NCBI GenBank assembly: GCA_010405405.1
Contig: MU004234.1
Coordinates: 1,639,275-1,703,274 of the forward strand
From: Microthyrium microscopicum
Taxonomy: Eukaryota
DNA length: 64,000 nucleotides
Direction: 5' to 3'
The translations under genes and the position numbers were made by a program. Position 1 is the stretch's first letter, and every line of letters starts with the position of its first letter. The notes beneath the pieces were generated by a model. The model searched no databases and was not told the origin of the DNA. It was given only the letters and a program-made list of their open reading frames with translations. This document shows positions 26,066 through 40,541 of this stretch, in pieces.

Positions 26066-26501
26066 ATGTATTTGTAGTGCGTATACGAAAATGACTCTAT
26101 CACATGTTTCGAGGTTGGATTTCGATGATGGATCCCTAGTATAATTTAAGTGCTCAAGCTCAAGCTACCAGTGTCAAGATTGTCAAGTCTTCACATTCGG
26201 GGGCAGAGTCGAGCATACGCCTCGGAAACGTATCCGCTATGTTCAAGGGCTATAGCCTTTCAGGTCGGTCGCGATAGGTAAGTGATTGCGCGGTTAACAA
26301 TGGTAGTAGGAAGAAGTGAAGAAATGGCAGGCATGGCAAGCTAATGAAGCTACAGGGATTGTTGAGATTAAGTCAGTCACGTGAGCATATCCACGCCACC
26401 ATCGGTCCCACTACAATCTTGTTGCTGCCCTCTACCCAAACACCAAACTACATCCCGCTACATCATAACACTCTCAAATACCAGCCGTTTCCAACGCAAA
26501 C

Positions 26502-27357
26502 ATGGCTGAAAACACGGATACCAAGGCTGTTGATACCAAAACTGGTATTGTCGACACCGCGAGCAACGCTGCCGCCGCTGTCGCCTCCACCGCCACAACT
26601 GCCGCTACCACTGCCAAAGACAATGTCTTTTCAATGTTTGGAGGTGGTCCTGCAAAAGTGAAGAAGGAGGAAGAGGATGTAGACGAGCCAAGCGGTTCCT
26701 CCAAAGCTAAGAAAGATGCTGAAGTAAGTTTGAACACAAAACAATAAAGTTATTCGTTGCTAAGACTTTTGAATTAGGAGGAGGACGATCCCGAAAACCA
26801 GGAGCCAGATGCACATTTCGAACCTGTTGTCCACCTTACCAAAGAAGTCGAGACCAAGACCAACGAGGAATCGGAGGACATGGTTTTCAAGATGCGGGCC
26901 AAGCTTTTCAAGTTCGATCGCGAGAGCCGCGAATGGAAGGAACGCGGAACCGGTGATGTTCGTCTGTTGAAGCACAAGGAAAACGGCAAGACTCGTCTCG
27001 TTATGCGACGCGACAAGACACTCAAAGTTTGCGCAAATCACTACAGTATGTTGCGATTCTTGTGAATATCACTTTCCATGAGATGCTAATTGATTATCAG
27101 TTGTCCCTGAGATGAAGCTCTCTCCCAACGTTGGTAGCGATCGTTCTTGGGTTTGGAACGCCGCCGCCGACGTCAGCGAGGGCGAACCTGAAGCACAAAC
27201 ACTCGCTATTCGCTTTGCAAACTCTGAGAACGCCAACAAATTCAAGGAGGCATTTTTGCTCGCCCAGCAAGAAAACGAGGGTCTTATGAAAAGCGACTCA
27301 ACCGAAGCACCTGCTGTTGAGCCCGCTACCACTGAGGAGCCCGCCAAGGAGGCATAG
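26502..27357 (+). CDS. YRB1: Ran-binding protein 1, 3 exons
   Basis: [47 protein letters not shown] and [11 protein letters not shown] motifs. Introns at about 26724-26777 and 27047-27100. Confidence 0.95.
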
Positions 27358-28859
27358 ACCGCCAAAGACTGGGGTCCGAGATACTAGAAGGCGTGCAATT
27401 ACTATTGTCATGCCTGCTAAAAGTCGAAAAGTTAGATCAAGTTGGGTCAGCAGGACGCAGAAAAGCACCAAATTGGCGGGCCGAGTCTGAGCAATGTCAA
27501 CAACCTCACGCCTATCGCACTTCATCTCGCCCGTCATACTTCATCCCATCATAACCCATTACGACCACCATCCCCATCATACCTGAATACCATCAATCCA
27601 CAATGCCCATTATCCATTGCCGAATACACTTGATCCCCCTTGTTGCCATGGTTGAATAGCCCAGCAGTGTTCTGTACAGAAAGCAGAGACAGTTGCTCAT
27701 GTAGAGATGACATTATGTATGTAGACAGGATAGCACAATTAAAAAAATGTACTTTTCCAATTCTCATACTTGCTGATAGACAAATAATTGACGCTGGCGC
27801 GTTGTACTGAATGGCTAACCTTTATAGGAGGTTTAGAAGCAAAGATTACAGTTTCCTAGACAATTTGAGGACTATCGGCTGGTAGCATGGTGGGCAAAGG
27901 CGTTGAGTTCTCCGATGTCTCCGATAATCTATATGGTTGATGTCACGATCAATTAAGCATCACATATTTTATGTATATTTGCGCGACTACATATGTACTT
28001 GATAGGGACTGAAATACCATGTAAGAAAGCGTAGCATATGGCAGCCAACAAACTTGATGAGACAGGCCACTTATTGTCCATTGATTGATTTAGTACTGAC
28101 TAAAGTGACCCACAAATGTCATTCAAATGGGCATTTGAACTAGTTGGCATATAATGAAGCGATAACAAGCTTTATGAAATCATGATTTTACTGCGAAATT
28201 AGGATTGAAGAAGGGGCAAGGAGATGAACTTCAGAAAGACGAATGGCACGCTTCCCATTCCGAATATTCGCATCTGCTACGCTTTGCTGTTGATTAAGTT
28301 TTTCTTCTTCAATACGTAGAAATGGTTGTGGAGTATTGAATGCGATGAGGATCAAAATATATGTTCTTCATAAGATGCGGTGGTAGACATCGCACTCGGT
28401 GGGAGCGTGCCCAATTATTTTCTCGATCAATTACCTTAGAGATCGATGATGAAGAATGGAAGCTCGTCCGTTTTCTGGGAAGGAGTAAGTAAGCTAGCGT
28501 GGGCTAGCCAACCAAGCTTTGGCAGGCCTAGCCGATAGCCAGGATTCCAGCTTCAATTACTATCACTCCAACCTCAATCATCACCAACCATTTCCAACTT
28601 TCTACAACAAAGAAACACCCCATCAGCAATTATTACCTGCCCTCATTCTCCCTGAAAACCTAATTCTATCACTCCCCACAACCTCACCTCTCGCATAATA
28701 TATTCTTCCAACCTTTGCTGACCTCATAAACTATCCGCCGAGTACCTCAAGAAACATCGATCGGGCCGGTCTATCTTCGACCTTCACTTCGACCATGAAC
28801 CCTCCTGGGGCCCACCAACCGCTGTCTCCTTCTTCGCGAAGGTAGTTTATACACCCGCA

Positions 28860-31800
28860 ATGGCACTCCCCAATTCGTCCCTACTCTCCTTTGTGCTCGG
28901 CGCGCTCGTCCTACTCTACCTGTCCACCTTTGTGGTTTTCGCCGTCTTGCGCGTCCTTACTGGCGTATCTATTCAACGACTCTGGGGTCTTGGTCTAAGG
29001 CATGTCTCCTTCAGCCCGCGCGAAGGCTTGCGCATTGATATTCGCGGATTGGGGTTCTCCTTGCATCGACCAACTTTCTCACAACCAACTTGGATAAGCA
29101 TCGTCGTATCCGAGCTAAAGGTCACAGTCGATCTGCGGTTATTGGGCTCCAAGAAAGTCAAGCGATCGGCTTGGGAGCGCTGGACTAATGGTGGGATCAT
29201 TTCGCCTCCGGCGTCACCAGGCCCACCCGTGACGCCTGTCATGGACGCGGACTCGGACACTGAGGATCGGGAAGATACGTCGGACTCGGAAGATGGGCAA
29301 AGCAGAACTTGGGAGCGGCTGACGCAAATCAAAGAGCGCATCAAGCGACTGCATCGTAGTATCAGCTACCTACGGATGGTGGATGTCGTTGCGACCAACT
29401 CTTCCCTTGTCATCGTCGACGTAGGCTTTTTCCAGGTCTCCAACTTCACAATGGGAGTCGATACGCGCAAAAAGACGATTGACCGCGGGCGACTCTTCCA
29501 GCATCGAAAGACGTCGGAGGAGGATAATCGTAGGCCAGCGGAATGGATAATGACGGGCAGAAGTTTGCTATTTTCTACGGATGGCGTGGACTTCAACGAG
29601 TTATTGGATCACGCTACTCTCAATATTCATGGAATGCTCTCGCAAAAGCAAGAGGGCTTGCGAGATGCTTCTATTGCTCTCAAGCTCGGACGACTAAGTC
29701 TGCCAGTCGACGATTTGCAACTTTGCCTTGATCGAATTCACAATTGTCGCAAATCCCACTCGCGCCACTCAAGCCGCGCAAGTCAAATGGACGCATCATT
29801 ACTGGATCTCCTTGATGCCCCGGATAGCCCTGGGTCCCCAAAGGACCAGTTTTCCAAAGCCGTCGCTGACTCGAAAGGCTTCGTTGCTTCCATACTGCGC
29901 GGCATTCAAGAAATACAATTCGCCATCAGTTATGTTGGCCTATCTAAGCGCATCGATCCAATTAAACTGAAGGGTGCGCCAGCCTACTTGAACATGTCAA
30001 TGAAAGAAGTTGGCGTGGATCTTCTGCGATTGGATTCTCGGAGTCCTGCACATCTGACATACTTCTCGCCGAGCGATGTGGCCCATCAAGCTCTCGTGAC
30101 GGCAATTAGTATATCCGTTGGGATTGACGATGGCCATGATCATCCAGAACGGCTGCTTTATATACCCCTTGCTACCGCGACTTTGAAAACAACGCTACCT
30201 TCAAAGGCCATACAACTTTCCACCGAAAAGAACCTTGCGCAGAGAAACTCCAACATTCTATTCGCAAATCTAGTCATCACTTCGCCCTCTGTTGACCTTG
30301 ATCCAAAGCATCTTCCTCTTACCCTTGCACTTCTCGATCGTTGGCGCGACCGGTCCTCTTCCCTCCCACGGGGTAATAACCACCGCCTCATTTTCAAGCT
30401 ACTGCCCAAAGCCAATATCAAGGTATCTATTCATGAACCTGTTTTTCGAGTATCACTACCGGCCATGGATGTGGAACGGCGTGGAACCGGGGAATATGAC
30501 TTGCTGATTTCTGCCATGTCATCCATGTCGCTTGATATCGAGTCATCCCATGCTCCAACTGGCGACACCCACTATTCTTTGAACTCGAGTTATAGAGTGA
30601 CAACCCACCAACTCTACTATCAGACCGCAAGTGGCGACAAACACAATCTACTTATGACTGATACCTTCGAGATCAAGCTTCAAGTCAACGCAGCTCCAAA
30701 TGTTGCTGTAGCAGCTAGTGTTAATGCACAAACGTTCAACTTGTACATGATACGACCAGAAATCAGCGAGGGTGTACGGCAAATTATCATTCAACTACAT
30801 CGAGATGCTCATAAGCGACGGCGTCCCGCTGCTGAAGGACCTAAAATGTCATTTTTGAGGCGCCTTCCAACATGGCTGCATCATGTTCACATCTCTGGGG
30901 CTGACTTCAACCTCGAAGTTGCCGGAGTTGACGCAAGTGTCAGTGATCAAGCCAAAGGGGCATCCATTCATCTCGAGTCTTGGACTGCCGAGTACAAAGT
31001 GGATCGAACCGACGAAAGCTCATCAAGACCAGCTAGACGCAGAACAACAAGTCGATCCTTCCAGAATGATGATTTATTCTTACGGCCCACATCAAGCCAC
31101 TCTAGTCGTAAACTCATATCTAATAGTACAGATGGTCGCAGATTGGCTATCCATACCTACGGACTCGAAGCATTTGTCATTGAAGCTGCAGACACTTGGG
31201 AATCCGAACCATTCTTGTCGCTACCTCGATTTGAAACGGCCATAACCACCCTCACAGATCAACAAGGGCCGGTTCAAAACATCCACTCCTTTGCTCGCCA
31301 TGTGTATTGCCATTATTCTCTTTATCGACATTTCGCCATTGGTCTTGCAAGCTCTGTCTTGCGAAAGACATTTTCAGTTCCACGTGCAGAGCAGTTGGCT
31401 TCTGATCAGTCTCATATGCGTTCTAAATCGGAGGACTTGCGACCTCTATCGCCAGGAACTCTTGCAAGAACGGAGATTACCACTGTCGACTTCAAATCCT
31501 CCCTCATTCAAATCAAGGCCGCAACACCTAGTGATCCTAATTTAATGATACAACTCTTCGCTGTTGAAGCAGGACAACATAGATGGGGCTCACCATTTGC
31601 AAAAATCCAGCTTGCACGCTTATATGCCGAAGCCCCTCACGTCAAGAAGGCATGGAGTCGTATCGTGAGCTCAAGAAATCTTCAATTTACATATCGATCT
31701 TCAAAGCGAAAACAAGGATCTTCGGTGACAGAGGAGAGGTCTGTTGATATTGTCACTGATGCTATCCGCGTGGCTGTACCTCATCAGCTAGTAGTGCACA

Positions 31801-34800
31801 AGATATTTGACAACATCACAAACATCGTGAAAACAGTGGAACAGCTGCATCATCGAGTCCGGACTGGAACTTCCGAGTATGTTTTGAAGAAAGGCCCCCA
31901 AGGTCCGAAAAGGGTGCCGAAAGTCTCTTTCAGAGCCTCGACGCTATTATTTGAGATCGAAGATTCCGCATTCGAGTGGAAATTGGGCCTGATCTATGTG
32001 CAAGGGCTCCATGAGCAAAAACAGCGGCTCGCTCGACGGGAAGCATTTGAACTCAAGAAAAAGAAAATCTTGGAGATGGAAGCGGTCATGTCTGCTCGTC
32101 AAGATACACAAGAATCCAAAGAGCGTCGAGGGTGGCATATCCGTGGTCGGTACAAGCGTCGTTCATCCGACGATGTCACGACCACGCAGAAACGTAGCAA
32201 AAGCGCCGGAGATGAAACGCCTCAGCTGTCACATAGTCCAACTCGGCCAACGTCTAGAAGATTACGGTACGATGCGGAAGGTGTCTCGTCTCTCAGTGAA
32301 CACGCTCTGCGATCCATTAAAGATTCGGAGGCAGCACTTGATCGCTTCAATGCCAGCAGCTGGAAGAAACGCATTAACAAGGCATATCAATTCCAACAGC
32401 ATCGTATGCGTGACATTCACTCCATGGCTTGGGGTCAAGACGAGATTCCCGATAACATCGAGCAAAAAGAGAAGATTACAGCTACTCCGCTGCGGCCTGC
32501 GCTGTTTGGATGTATGGTGCGCGACTTCAACATCACCATTGACAAGCCATCATTTGCTCTGAACGATTACCCAAACTTTTTACATAAAGTCGGTAAAGGT
32601 CTACCACGAGATATGCAATATTCTCTTTTGATTCCAATGCACGTCACAATCACCATGGGAGATGCACGGGGAACTCTTAGAGACTATCCAATTCCTCTAA
32701 TTCACATCCCTCCAATCAAGTCGGGTCAGTCTGCTAGACTTTCTGCTCTTTCTTTGAGTACCGATTTTGTCATCGCAGAAGAATACCGGGACGAGGAGTC
32801 AATACGGCATGCAAAGATTGTCGTTGTTCCACCTAACCTTGGGCCAGACGGTGATCGTACGAAAGGGCTGATAGTCGATGTGCGACGTACTGTTGGATCG
32901 ACCAAAACATACTCGGACATCAGTGCCGAAATCAATACAGCTTCGCCTACCAGAATCACATGGGGAGCATCTTACCAGCCTGCCATACAAGATATGATGC
33001 AGGTAGTAGAAAGCTTCATGAAACCTGCTGTTGATCCATCTCAGCGGGTTGGATTCTGGGACAAAATTCGACTTGCGTTCCACTCGCGTATTAATGTTGC
33101 TTGGAAAGGACAAGGTGATGTCCACCTTATCTTGAAAGGTTCACGCGATCCTTACTCAGTAACGGGTGTTGGCGCTGGCTTTGTCATGTGCTGGCGAAAT
33201 GATGTCCGCTGGAGCATTCGCGAGACTGATGATCCCAAAAAGTTTATGACTGTCAACAGTGGCGAATACGTCTTAGCAATTCCTGACTTTGGTCATTTTG
33301 CTCGCCGAGCCCTCGAAGGTGATGTCGTCGACAACACAAATGTAGCCAACACCTCTCCCGAGAATGCCGGAAAATTCAAGAAGACCGTCATGAAACTATC
33401 TGGCAAGGTCCAATGGCTTGCCGGCATCGTGTTTGAGCGAAACATAGATGGTGGTGGCCGCTCTTTTGAGTTTAGGCCCCATTATGATATAGTTTTGAAG
33501 AACCCCAAGTACGCCAAACCGTCAAAGTCTGGCGAGCAATACGATGCCTTCCGTGGATTCCGAAGTCATCATATTCATCTTTCGATTGCTGTTGCCGCGC
33601 CAGTGGATCGAGATTGGACGGTTACAAACCTCAAGCCCTCTTCGAATTACAACAGTGTGCATTTGACGCCTCGATTTTTCAGCCATTTCTTCAACTGGTG
33701 GTCCATGTTTTCTGGCAACATGTCTTTGCCTATTAGACAGGGTAAGCTCTGGCCAGGCGTGGACAAGACAAGCAAAAAGTTTGGTCGGCATCTGGCCACC
33801 ATCAAGTACAATCTGCTACTATCACCTCTTTATTTGAGCCACATCTACAAGTACAAAGGACCAGACCAGGAGGGTCAAGAGTGTATCTTTGCGGCTGGAT
33901 TAAAGGTCAAACTGGACAGCTTCATGCTCGATCTGCATCAGCGCCGAGAAATTTTCCGCAAATTCATGCAGGGAAATCGTCAAGTTCAAACTAGTGGAAT
34001 AAGAATCAACAAGGCTCAACTTGACTTTATCTCTGCCGATTTTCGAGCCGTCTCGGCTACAATGCGAGAACCAACCCAGGCTGACTTGGACGAGGCATCA
34101 GATGAGACACTTGCGACGCTGTCTGATCACATACCAAAGGCTAATTTGGCAAACTTTACTATCCCCGATCGTGACACAGGTTGGGTTGACATGGACGATT
34201 TCGTCGAGCTTGATTGGATATTGCCAATGGGGTCAACACCAGAGACTGTGATTCTTCCGCTTGCGTTCTCGCCTCGCTTCACCTATTTCCGGCAGACCGA
34301 TCATCAAGATGTCATTTCGGGTGATCCCACTCGATCTAGCCCGTTCGGCAACGAGGATACTCATTATTGCGTTATGTCAGCACGAAACGATCCTCGACGT
34401 GTACAATGCGACCTTATTCAAGGCCGTCTTGATCGAATCGCAGAGCAACTCTCCCATCACAAGCGGAACATAGGTGAGCACGAGCTTAACGTCATTCGTG
34501 ATCGTGAATCTCAACCCCAGCTCAAATTGCGACTGGATGCAATGCAGAAAAATCATGACATGCTCGTGCGGAAAGAAGCTTTCTTGAAGGCCATGCATAA
34601 GAATTGGATCCGCCAGCTAGAAGACGCAGACGACCGCTCAGACGGTCCGGCACCAGAAGACGAGTTCTTCGAGGCTCACGAGGATGGCTCTGGCTTTGAA
34701 GATGTAGAAGGCATGGCTAACGACCCACTCGCTGAAGACATTAGCGATTTCAGCAATCGTTTCATCGTGCATAATGCGCAACTCAAGTGGAGCAATCCGC

Positions 34801-37800
34801 TGCGAGATATTATGCTACGGTATATCCATCAAATAAGCCAGCGACGAGGTTTTGTCTACTACATGTCTCGGCCAGCGGTCAAGTTCATCATTGACATTGT
34901 TGAGGAGCAAAACAAAGCTCGCGAAAGCTCATCCAGGCAACAAAGTGAGCGTCGGCCTGGTAGTACAGAGCCAGTCACGCCTCTGACGCCCATGCCGCCC
35001 GATTTGCCAAGTGATCGTGATGAAGAGGCACAAGGGATGATTCAGCAGCTACTCGAAGATGGTAAACGCTTTGTCGAGGCTGATGACAACCCGGAAGATG
35101 AGACGCCGAAGAGCCCTGGACATGGCGGCCCAGGTGATGAGATTTCTCGCGAATTCCTCGCGCAGAACTCATATCATGTGCGGTTGATTGCTCCTCAAAT
35201 CCAGATGCAGAGCGAAAAGAACACCAAATCCGCGGTGCTTGTAACGGCTAAAGGAATGCAACTCCGAGTGGTCCAAATCATGGACAAGGACCGCATTACT
35301 GACGAAGTAAGCGGATTGGTGCAGCGGCGGTTCACTGCAAACATGGATAGTGTCCAGGTTTTCGTAACCAGCAGTAAAACATTCTCTTCTGAACTCCTTG
35401 AGCTGTATTCTGGCAATCGATATGGAGCACCATCCGGAACCTCCTGGCCACCTTGGGTCCCACTCGAAGACATGTATGACTTCCACGTCGATCCGTATGG
35501 CTTCTCGCGTGTTGTACAGCGCACTTCTGCTAGCATGCAGTACAACAAGTACAATACGCTTCGTCTCAAATACAACGATGATCTGACAAATGGCCAAGAA
35601 AACACGGAGGGTGACGAGAACGAGAGTCGTATGGACCATATCTGGGTCGACTTTCCCCAATTGCTCACGAAATGCAACTCCACCCAGTACTATGCTCTCT
35701 ACGTTATTGTCATGGATCTACTGCTTTATAGCGAGCCCCAAGAGAAAACCCGAGAAGAAAAGCTGGAGAAGATTATTCTTGCTTCGGATTTCAGCGATTT
35801 GAGCGAAGCACCAGACATGGTCACCAAACTTCAAGAAAAAATTCGCACTTTGCAGGAAATCAAGCTCATGTTCCAATTACATGAGAGTCTTCTCACGCGA
35901 CAGCAGTGGAAGGAGCGTATATTGCTCGAAGATGACATTGCGAAACGTGAAGATGAACTGTTCTTCATTATGAAAGCCATCACAACATCCCAGCGCCAAA
36001 TCGAGGACCGAATGCAGACCGGCCAGCCTACCGGTACACTGAAGTATGAAATCGCTGCCAAAGAGCTTGTTTGGCACATGGTCCGTGGACTGAATGAATC
36101 TTTGATTGAACTCCAACTCAAGGATGTCCAATATCTTAGGACTGACAATACTGATGGTTCAAATGACAACACCATGGAACTTGGCAAGATTGAGGGTTGG
36201 ACTTTACTTTCCAACGCAAACTACCCACAGCTGATCGCGCCATTCGAAGAAGGCACCAAGAAAGGCGTCGGACAAGGTGATTCTGGACCTAGTCCCATGG
36301 TTCGTGTACATTGGTATATGCTCGAAGCTGTGGCAGGCATCGTCGTCATGGAGAAATTCGAAGTCAGCATCTTCCCCATCCGGATTCAACTCGAATACGA
36401 CACAGGCATGAAAGTACTCGAGTACATCTTCCCGGGTTCTCTTTCATCTGGAAAAGACGCAGAAATTACGCCGTTCCTGAAGCATCTCTTGCCTACACAT
36501 CAGGAAGAGGATGAGAATGAAAGTAAAGAGCAAGAGGATCACGATCCGGCCCCTGATATCATACCTGACCATCATTTGATCACACCTACCGACAATTTGA
36601 CTGGGGCAGGTGATCTAGAACTCCGCCTACAACCTACGTTGACACTGCCAGACTCGAGATCACCGAAATCGCCACGTAAGATGAAGCAATCGACGGCCAG
36701 TAATTCTGACCTCAAACGCTTGAAAAATCTTGGCCATGCAGAGGGCACTGATCTGCGCAAGCTGCTGGCGCGCAAGAAAGACGGTGCCTCGACAGATCAG
36801 TTTCCTGGCCCAAAGGCAATGTCCAGAACCAATTCTCAAATGTCTGAAATGACCAAGGCCACAGAAACACCAAAGAGATTCGGCCTTCTCCGATCCACCT
36901 CCACCGCTAGCAATATTGCAGGTAATAAGAAGCAACAACAACAAAGATCGAACGATGTTTCTGAGATGATGGATCGAGCGTCAAAGTATATGACTCTCTC
37001 TTATGTAAATGTCTCCTCCATGGTGCTTTGTCTAAGCTACAAAGGCAAAGGCGAACGCAACATCGTCACCGCCAACGTTCACGATCTTGTCTTCCGCCTT
37101 CCAACGCTCGAGTATCGCAACAAGACGTGGAGTACCTTTGACCTGGTCAATCATCTCCGCAAGGAAGTTGTGCAAGCTCTTCTCCGACACAGTCCTACCA
37201 TTCTTGGCAATATGTTCACCCACCACCGTCCGAACAGAAATCAACAAAGTCGCCTGAGGGAAATGGCTAACTCGAGTGTCATATTGGGTAATGGCCTGAA
37301 CGACTCGGCGGCAGCTCTCTCAATCCGCGATCCCAGCAAACACTTCTCTGATGTTAGCTCTTCCCGCGCTATGAGCACCACCGACTACGATATCAGCTTC
37401 AATGATGATGAGTCTGGCTACCACTCGCGCGACCCTTCATTGCCTCGTGGCTCATTTGCTTCCAACCGTGAATCGCAGTACTCACGCGACGAGGCTGGTC
37501 ATAGCGCGACCAGCTCCGCGCCCTCGTCATCATTCCGCAACTCACATCATCTTTCCATGACTCCAGCTAATGGCAATGGAAATGGTCATGGTGCTGACAT
37601 CCCTGTACCCTCCATCGAAGCGGCGGACCGAGACCAGCTGCTCAAGTCACGCCCTAGAACGGCTTCTGGTGCAATGGCTCGTCTATCCGGCGCATTTCCG
37701 GCTCGAAGACCTAGCACTGCCCATTCAGAGTCGACTACGCCGTTCGTCACACCAGCGGGTTCGCCCGCGCCGGCAGTCCAACCAAGTTCCGCAAGTGGCA

Positions 37801-38054
37801 AAGATGTCGGTCGCGGAATGAGCTTTCGGGACCGCGTTAGGCGTCGTTCAAGGAGAACGACACCAGAACCACAGGATAGTCCGGGCTCAAGTCTAGCTGC
37901 TAGTCGAGAAATTGAAGAAGGTGGTGAGGAGGAGGTGAAATCGGAGCGGTAAGTCTATTTCATGCCAAAACTATACCGAATCAATACTAATGAGGCTTGT
38001 AGGAAAAGTAAAATACCGCTCGCGCGCTTCTTGCCTCATAGGCGGGAAAAGTAA
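28860..38054 (+). CDS. FMP27: Bridge-like lipid transfer protein Fmp27/Hobbit (BLTP2 family), ~3045 aa, 2 exons
   Basis: N-terminal TM anchor; GFWDK, LKGSRDPY and DAFRGFRS motifs; C-terminal Apt1-like region (LSYKGKG…LPTLEYRNKTWS). The apparent stop at 37950 lies within the GTAAGT donor of intron 37949-38002, so the final exon reads RKSKIPLARFLPHRREK*. Confidence 0.9.
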
Positions 38055-38784
38055 TCATTGGGAGCTTCTTCTTTGTCATTAATTATGTTTTTTTTGTTTC
38101 TATTGCATGGTGTTGGGGAAGGGGTCAAGCATATTGATACTCAATCAAGGGCGGCGGTTTTGGTAAAAGTGCCTCTTGTGTGCATTGTCGGGGTGTTGAG
38201 GACTTGGTAGTTTCTAGTCTTAGCGGTGGTATTCTTACTTTGAATATATATGGCTACTATGGTGGTGTTTGTATCATGTTGCGCAAGACTTCATTACTTG
38301 TTCTCTAGGAACATCCGTTAGCTTGCTTTCAGTTGCTTCTTGTTGGTCCCAATGTGCTTTATATCAACAGCCACTGACGAAAGGGAGATCTTGGTCAGTC
38401 AGGTCGTGGCACCGTGAAATTTGTGCTAGTGAGAAAGGGAGAAACTTCTCGTTATACCGGCGTCCTCGTCTGATGAGAAGCGCATAATCCGTGATTAGAA
38501 GTCTTGGTTATGTTATGAACAGAATTGACCAAAGACTGCAGAGGCATATCGAGCTCTTTACCTTTGAAGTATTGGCCAGTAGAGTATATGCTAAGGTTTA
38601 ACCTGTTAGTAGCTTGAATATAGTAGTAATCAGGCACTGCGACCTAGTTCAATATACAATTAATATACTAGCACATATAGCGAAGTAATTGCTACATTGA
38701 CTACAAGCCCTGTGTCAATCTTGAATTCTCCTTGCACTAGCTATCATGATATAACATGAAAACTGCAGGTCTACAATCTACTCC

Positions 38785-39771
38785 ATGAAAACGTTACAAC
38801 TTCTGGCCGTCTGGGGCCTTGAAGTAGTGGCTGTCTCAGCCGCCTACTGTGTAAAGACTCTAGCACCCATCGGCGGCGGTCCACGACAAGAGCAAAGCGT
38901 CGTGGCAGCCGGAGACAAGATATACATCGTCGCGGGTCTTCGAAAAGGCGCGGGCCTGCGAGGCGAAAACATCACATCCGCAGTTGAAGTCTACGATACT
39001 GTTAAGGACACCTGGTCCGACGTCGCTCCACTCCCATTCGCCGTTCACCACAGTAATGTCGCCGCCGTAGATGGCAAGCTGTATTACCTAGGCGGCCTCT
39101 ACAGTGCCACCGGCAGCATCTTCCCATCCGTCGTCAGAGCAGACTCGTACCGCTACGATCCCACCACCAACAAATGGGAGCCGCTTGCGCCAATGCCAAA
39201 TGCTCGTGGCAGCGCAGCCATGGGCGTACATGGCAAAACTATATATCTTGTGGGAGGATTGCTGGCTGATATGCAAGCAGTCGACACAGTATCCTCATAT
39301 GACACAGTCACAAACACATGGAAAAGTCTGGACGCGCTCAAATTGCCCGAAGCACGCGATCATGCGGGCAGTGTAGTTGTCAACAACACGTTCTACCTCG
39401 TCGGCGGACGCGTCGGAGGACCATGGCAGAATCGCGGCACGGTATTGACGCTTGATTTGAAGAACCCGTCCACGTGGATGCCAAAGGCGAGTATGCCAGT
39501 TGCGAGAGGGGGACTGGCGGTCGCCGAGGCAGCAGGCAGGATATGGGCATTTGGAGGAGAAGGAAACAAGGCGAGTGCGAAGGGCGTGTTTGGCGACGTT
39601 AATGTTTATGATATCAAGAAAGATACTTGGGAGACAGCCGCGCCGATGACGGCTCCAAGGCATGGCTTTGGGGCGGCTTCAGTCGGTGGTCGCGTGTATG
39701 TGCCTGGTGGAGGAGCTAATCAGGGTGGCGGAGGAATGGTGGATGTCAATGAGGCCTATTATGCATGTTAG
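38785..39771 (+). CDS. Secreted kelch-repeat (six-bladed beta-propeller) protein
   Basis: Signal peptide followed by six kelch repeats (IYIVAG/LYYLGG/IYLVGG/FYLVGG/IWAFGG/VYVPGG … Y-D…W). Intronless. Confidence 0.85.
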   Translation: MKTLQLLAVWGLEVVAVSAAYCVKTLAPIGGGPRQEQSVVAAGDKIYIVAGLRKGAGLRGENITSAVEVYDTVKDTWSDVAPLPFAVHHSNVAAVDGKLYYLGGLYSATGSIFPSVVRADSYRYDPTTNKWEPLAPMPNARGSAAMGVHGKTIYLVGGLLADMQAVDTVSSYDTVTNTWKSLDALKLPEARDHAGSVVVNNTFYLVGGRVGGPWQNRGTVLTLDLKNPSTWMPKASMPVARGGLAVAEAAGRIWAFGGEGNKASAKGVFGDVNVYDIKKDTWETAAPMTAPRHGFGAASVGGRVYVPGGGANQGGGGMVDVNEAYYAC

Positions 39772-39923
39772 TGGTAGAACTTCTTGACAGAGAAGCAAAT
39801 TCTAAAATCGTGAGATCAAGATCTATGTCAAAACGCACGGACCGCTTGGTGTTTTAGACCTTTCACTTTGCCATTTTTCAATGTTGAGCCATCCATCTCC
39901 CATCTGGTTAATTTCCATACGCT

Positions 39924-40541
39924 TACGGAAGCGCATTGCGGCCTACCCTTCCACATCACAGAACACCAAAATCCAAAAAAATTCTAACAGCATGTCTACA
40001 TAAGATAGTATCCCTAGAGCCCCAATTTAGGATTTTAAACATAGTTTTAAAGATCACTAGAGAGCTTAAGATAAGGGCTTACTTTTGGTCTCTTCAAAAA
40101 TAAATTTAAAGTATTTTTAGTTAATAAGATTAACTATACTTAAGCTATAAGGTTGATATTACTTTTTAGCTAAAATATGTTTGGCAAGTTAAGGCAGAAA
40201 GTATCTCTCTTGCTAAATTAGTAGGAAACCTACTAAATTAGTAGGTCGTTAAGCTAGGCTAGTGACTTCTCTACTAAATTGCCACTATTATGTCATTCTA
40301 GCGATATCTTTACTAATATAGCGACAACCTTACTAAACCGTAGACTCATAAAAGACGGAATTTTGATCTTATTAACTTAAAAGAAAGCCCCTCGTCTATA
40401 ATATAGATTAGCCTTTTTAGATACCTTAAAAAGGGTAGAATAGGGACGTAGGAAGGCCGTAAAGTTGTCAAAATGTGCATATTTGATGTTAGATTTTGGA
40501 TGTTGCTAATGTGGAAGGGTAGGCCACAATGCGCTTCCGTA
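39924..40541. mobile_element. Non-autonomous TIR DNA transposon (MITE-like, 618 bp), probably RIP-mutated
   Basis: 33-bp terminal inverted repeats TACGGAAGCGCATTG(C/T)GGCCTACCCTTCCACAT at 39924-39956 and 40509-40541 with one mismatch. Flanked by the direct repeat TACGCT (39918-39923 and 40542-40547). Interior is AT- and TpA-rich, and the ORF track shows no ORF in it. Confidence 0.85.

Noticed and set aside
27358..28790. 1.4-kb AT-rich intergenic region as a possible ncRNA or TE
   Set aside because: I could not see terminal repeats, tRNA boxes or convincing snoRNA box pairs.
38785..39771. Kelch protein as a nitrile-specifier-like partner of the nitrilase cluster
   Set aside because: Only the fold is shared with plant specifier proteins. 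It is secreted, separated from the cluster by a transposon and another gene, and I saw no cluster motifs upstream.
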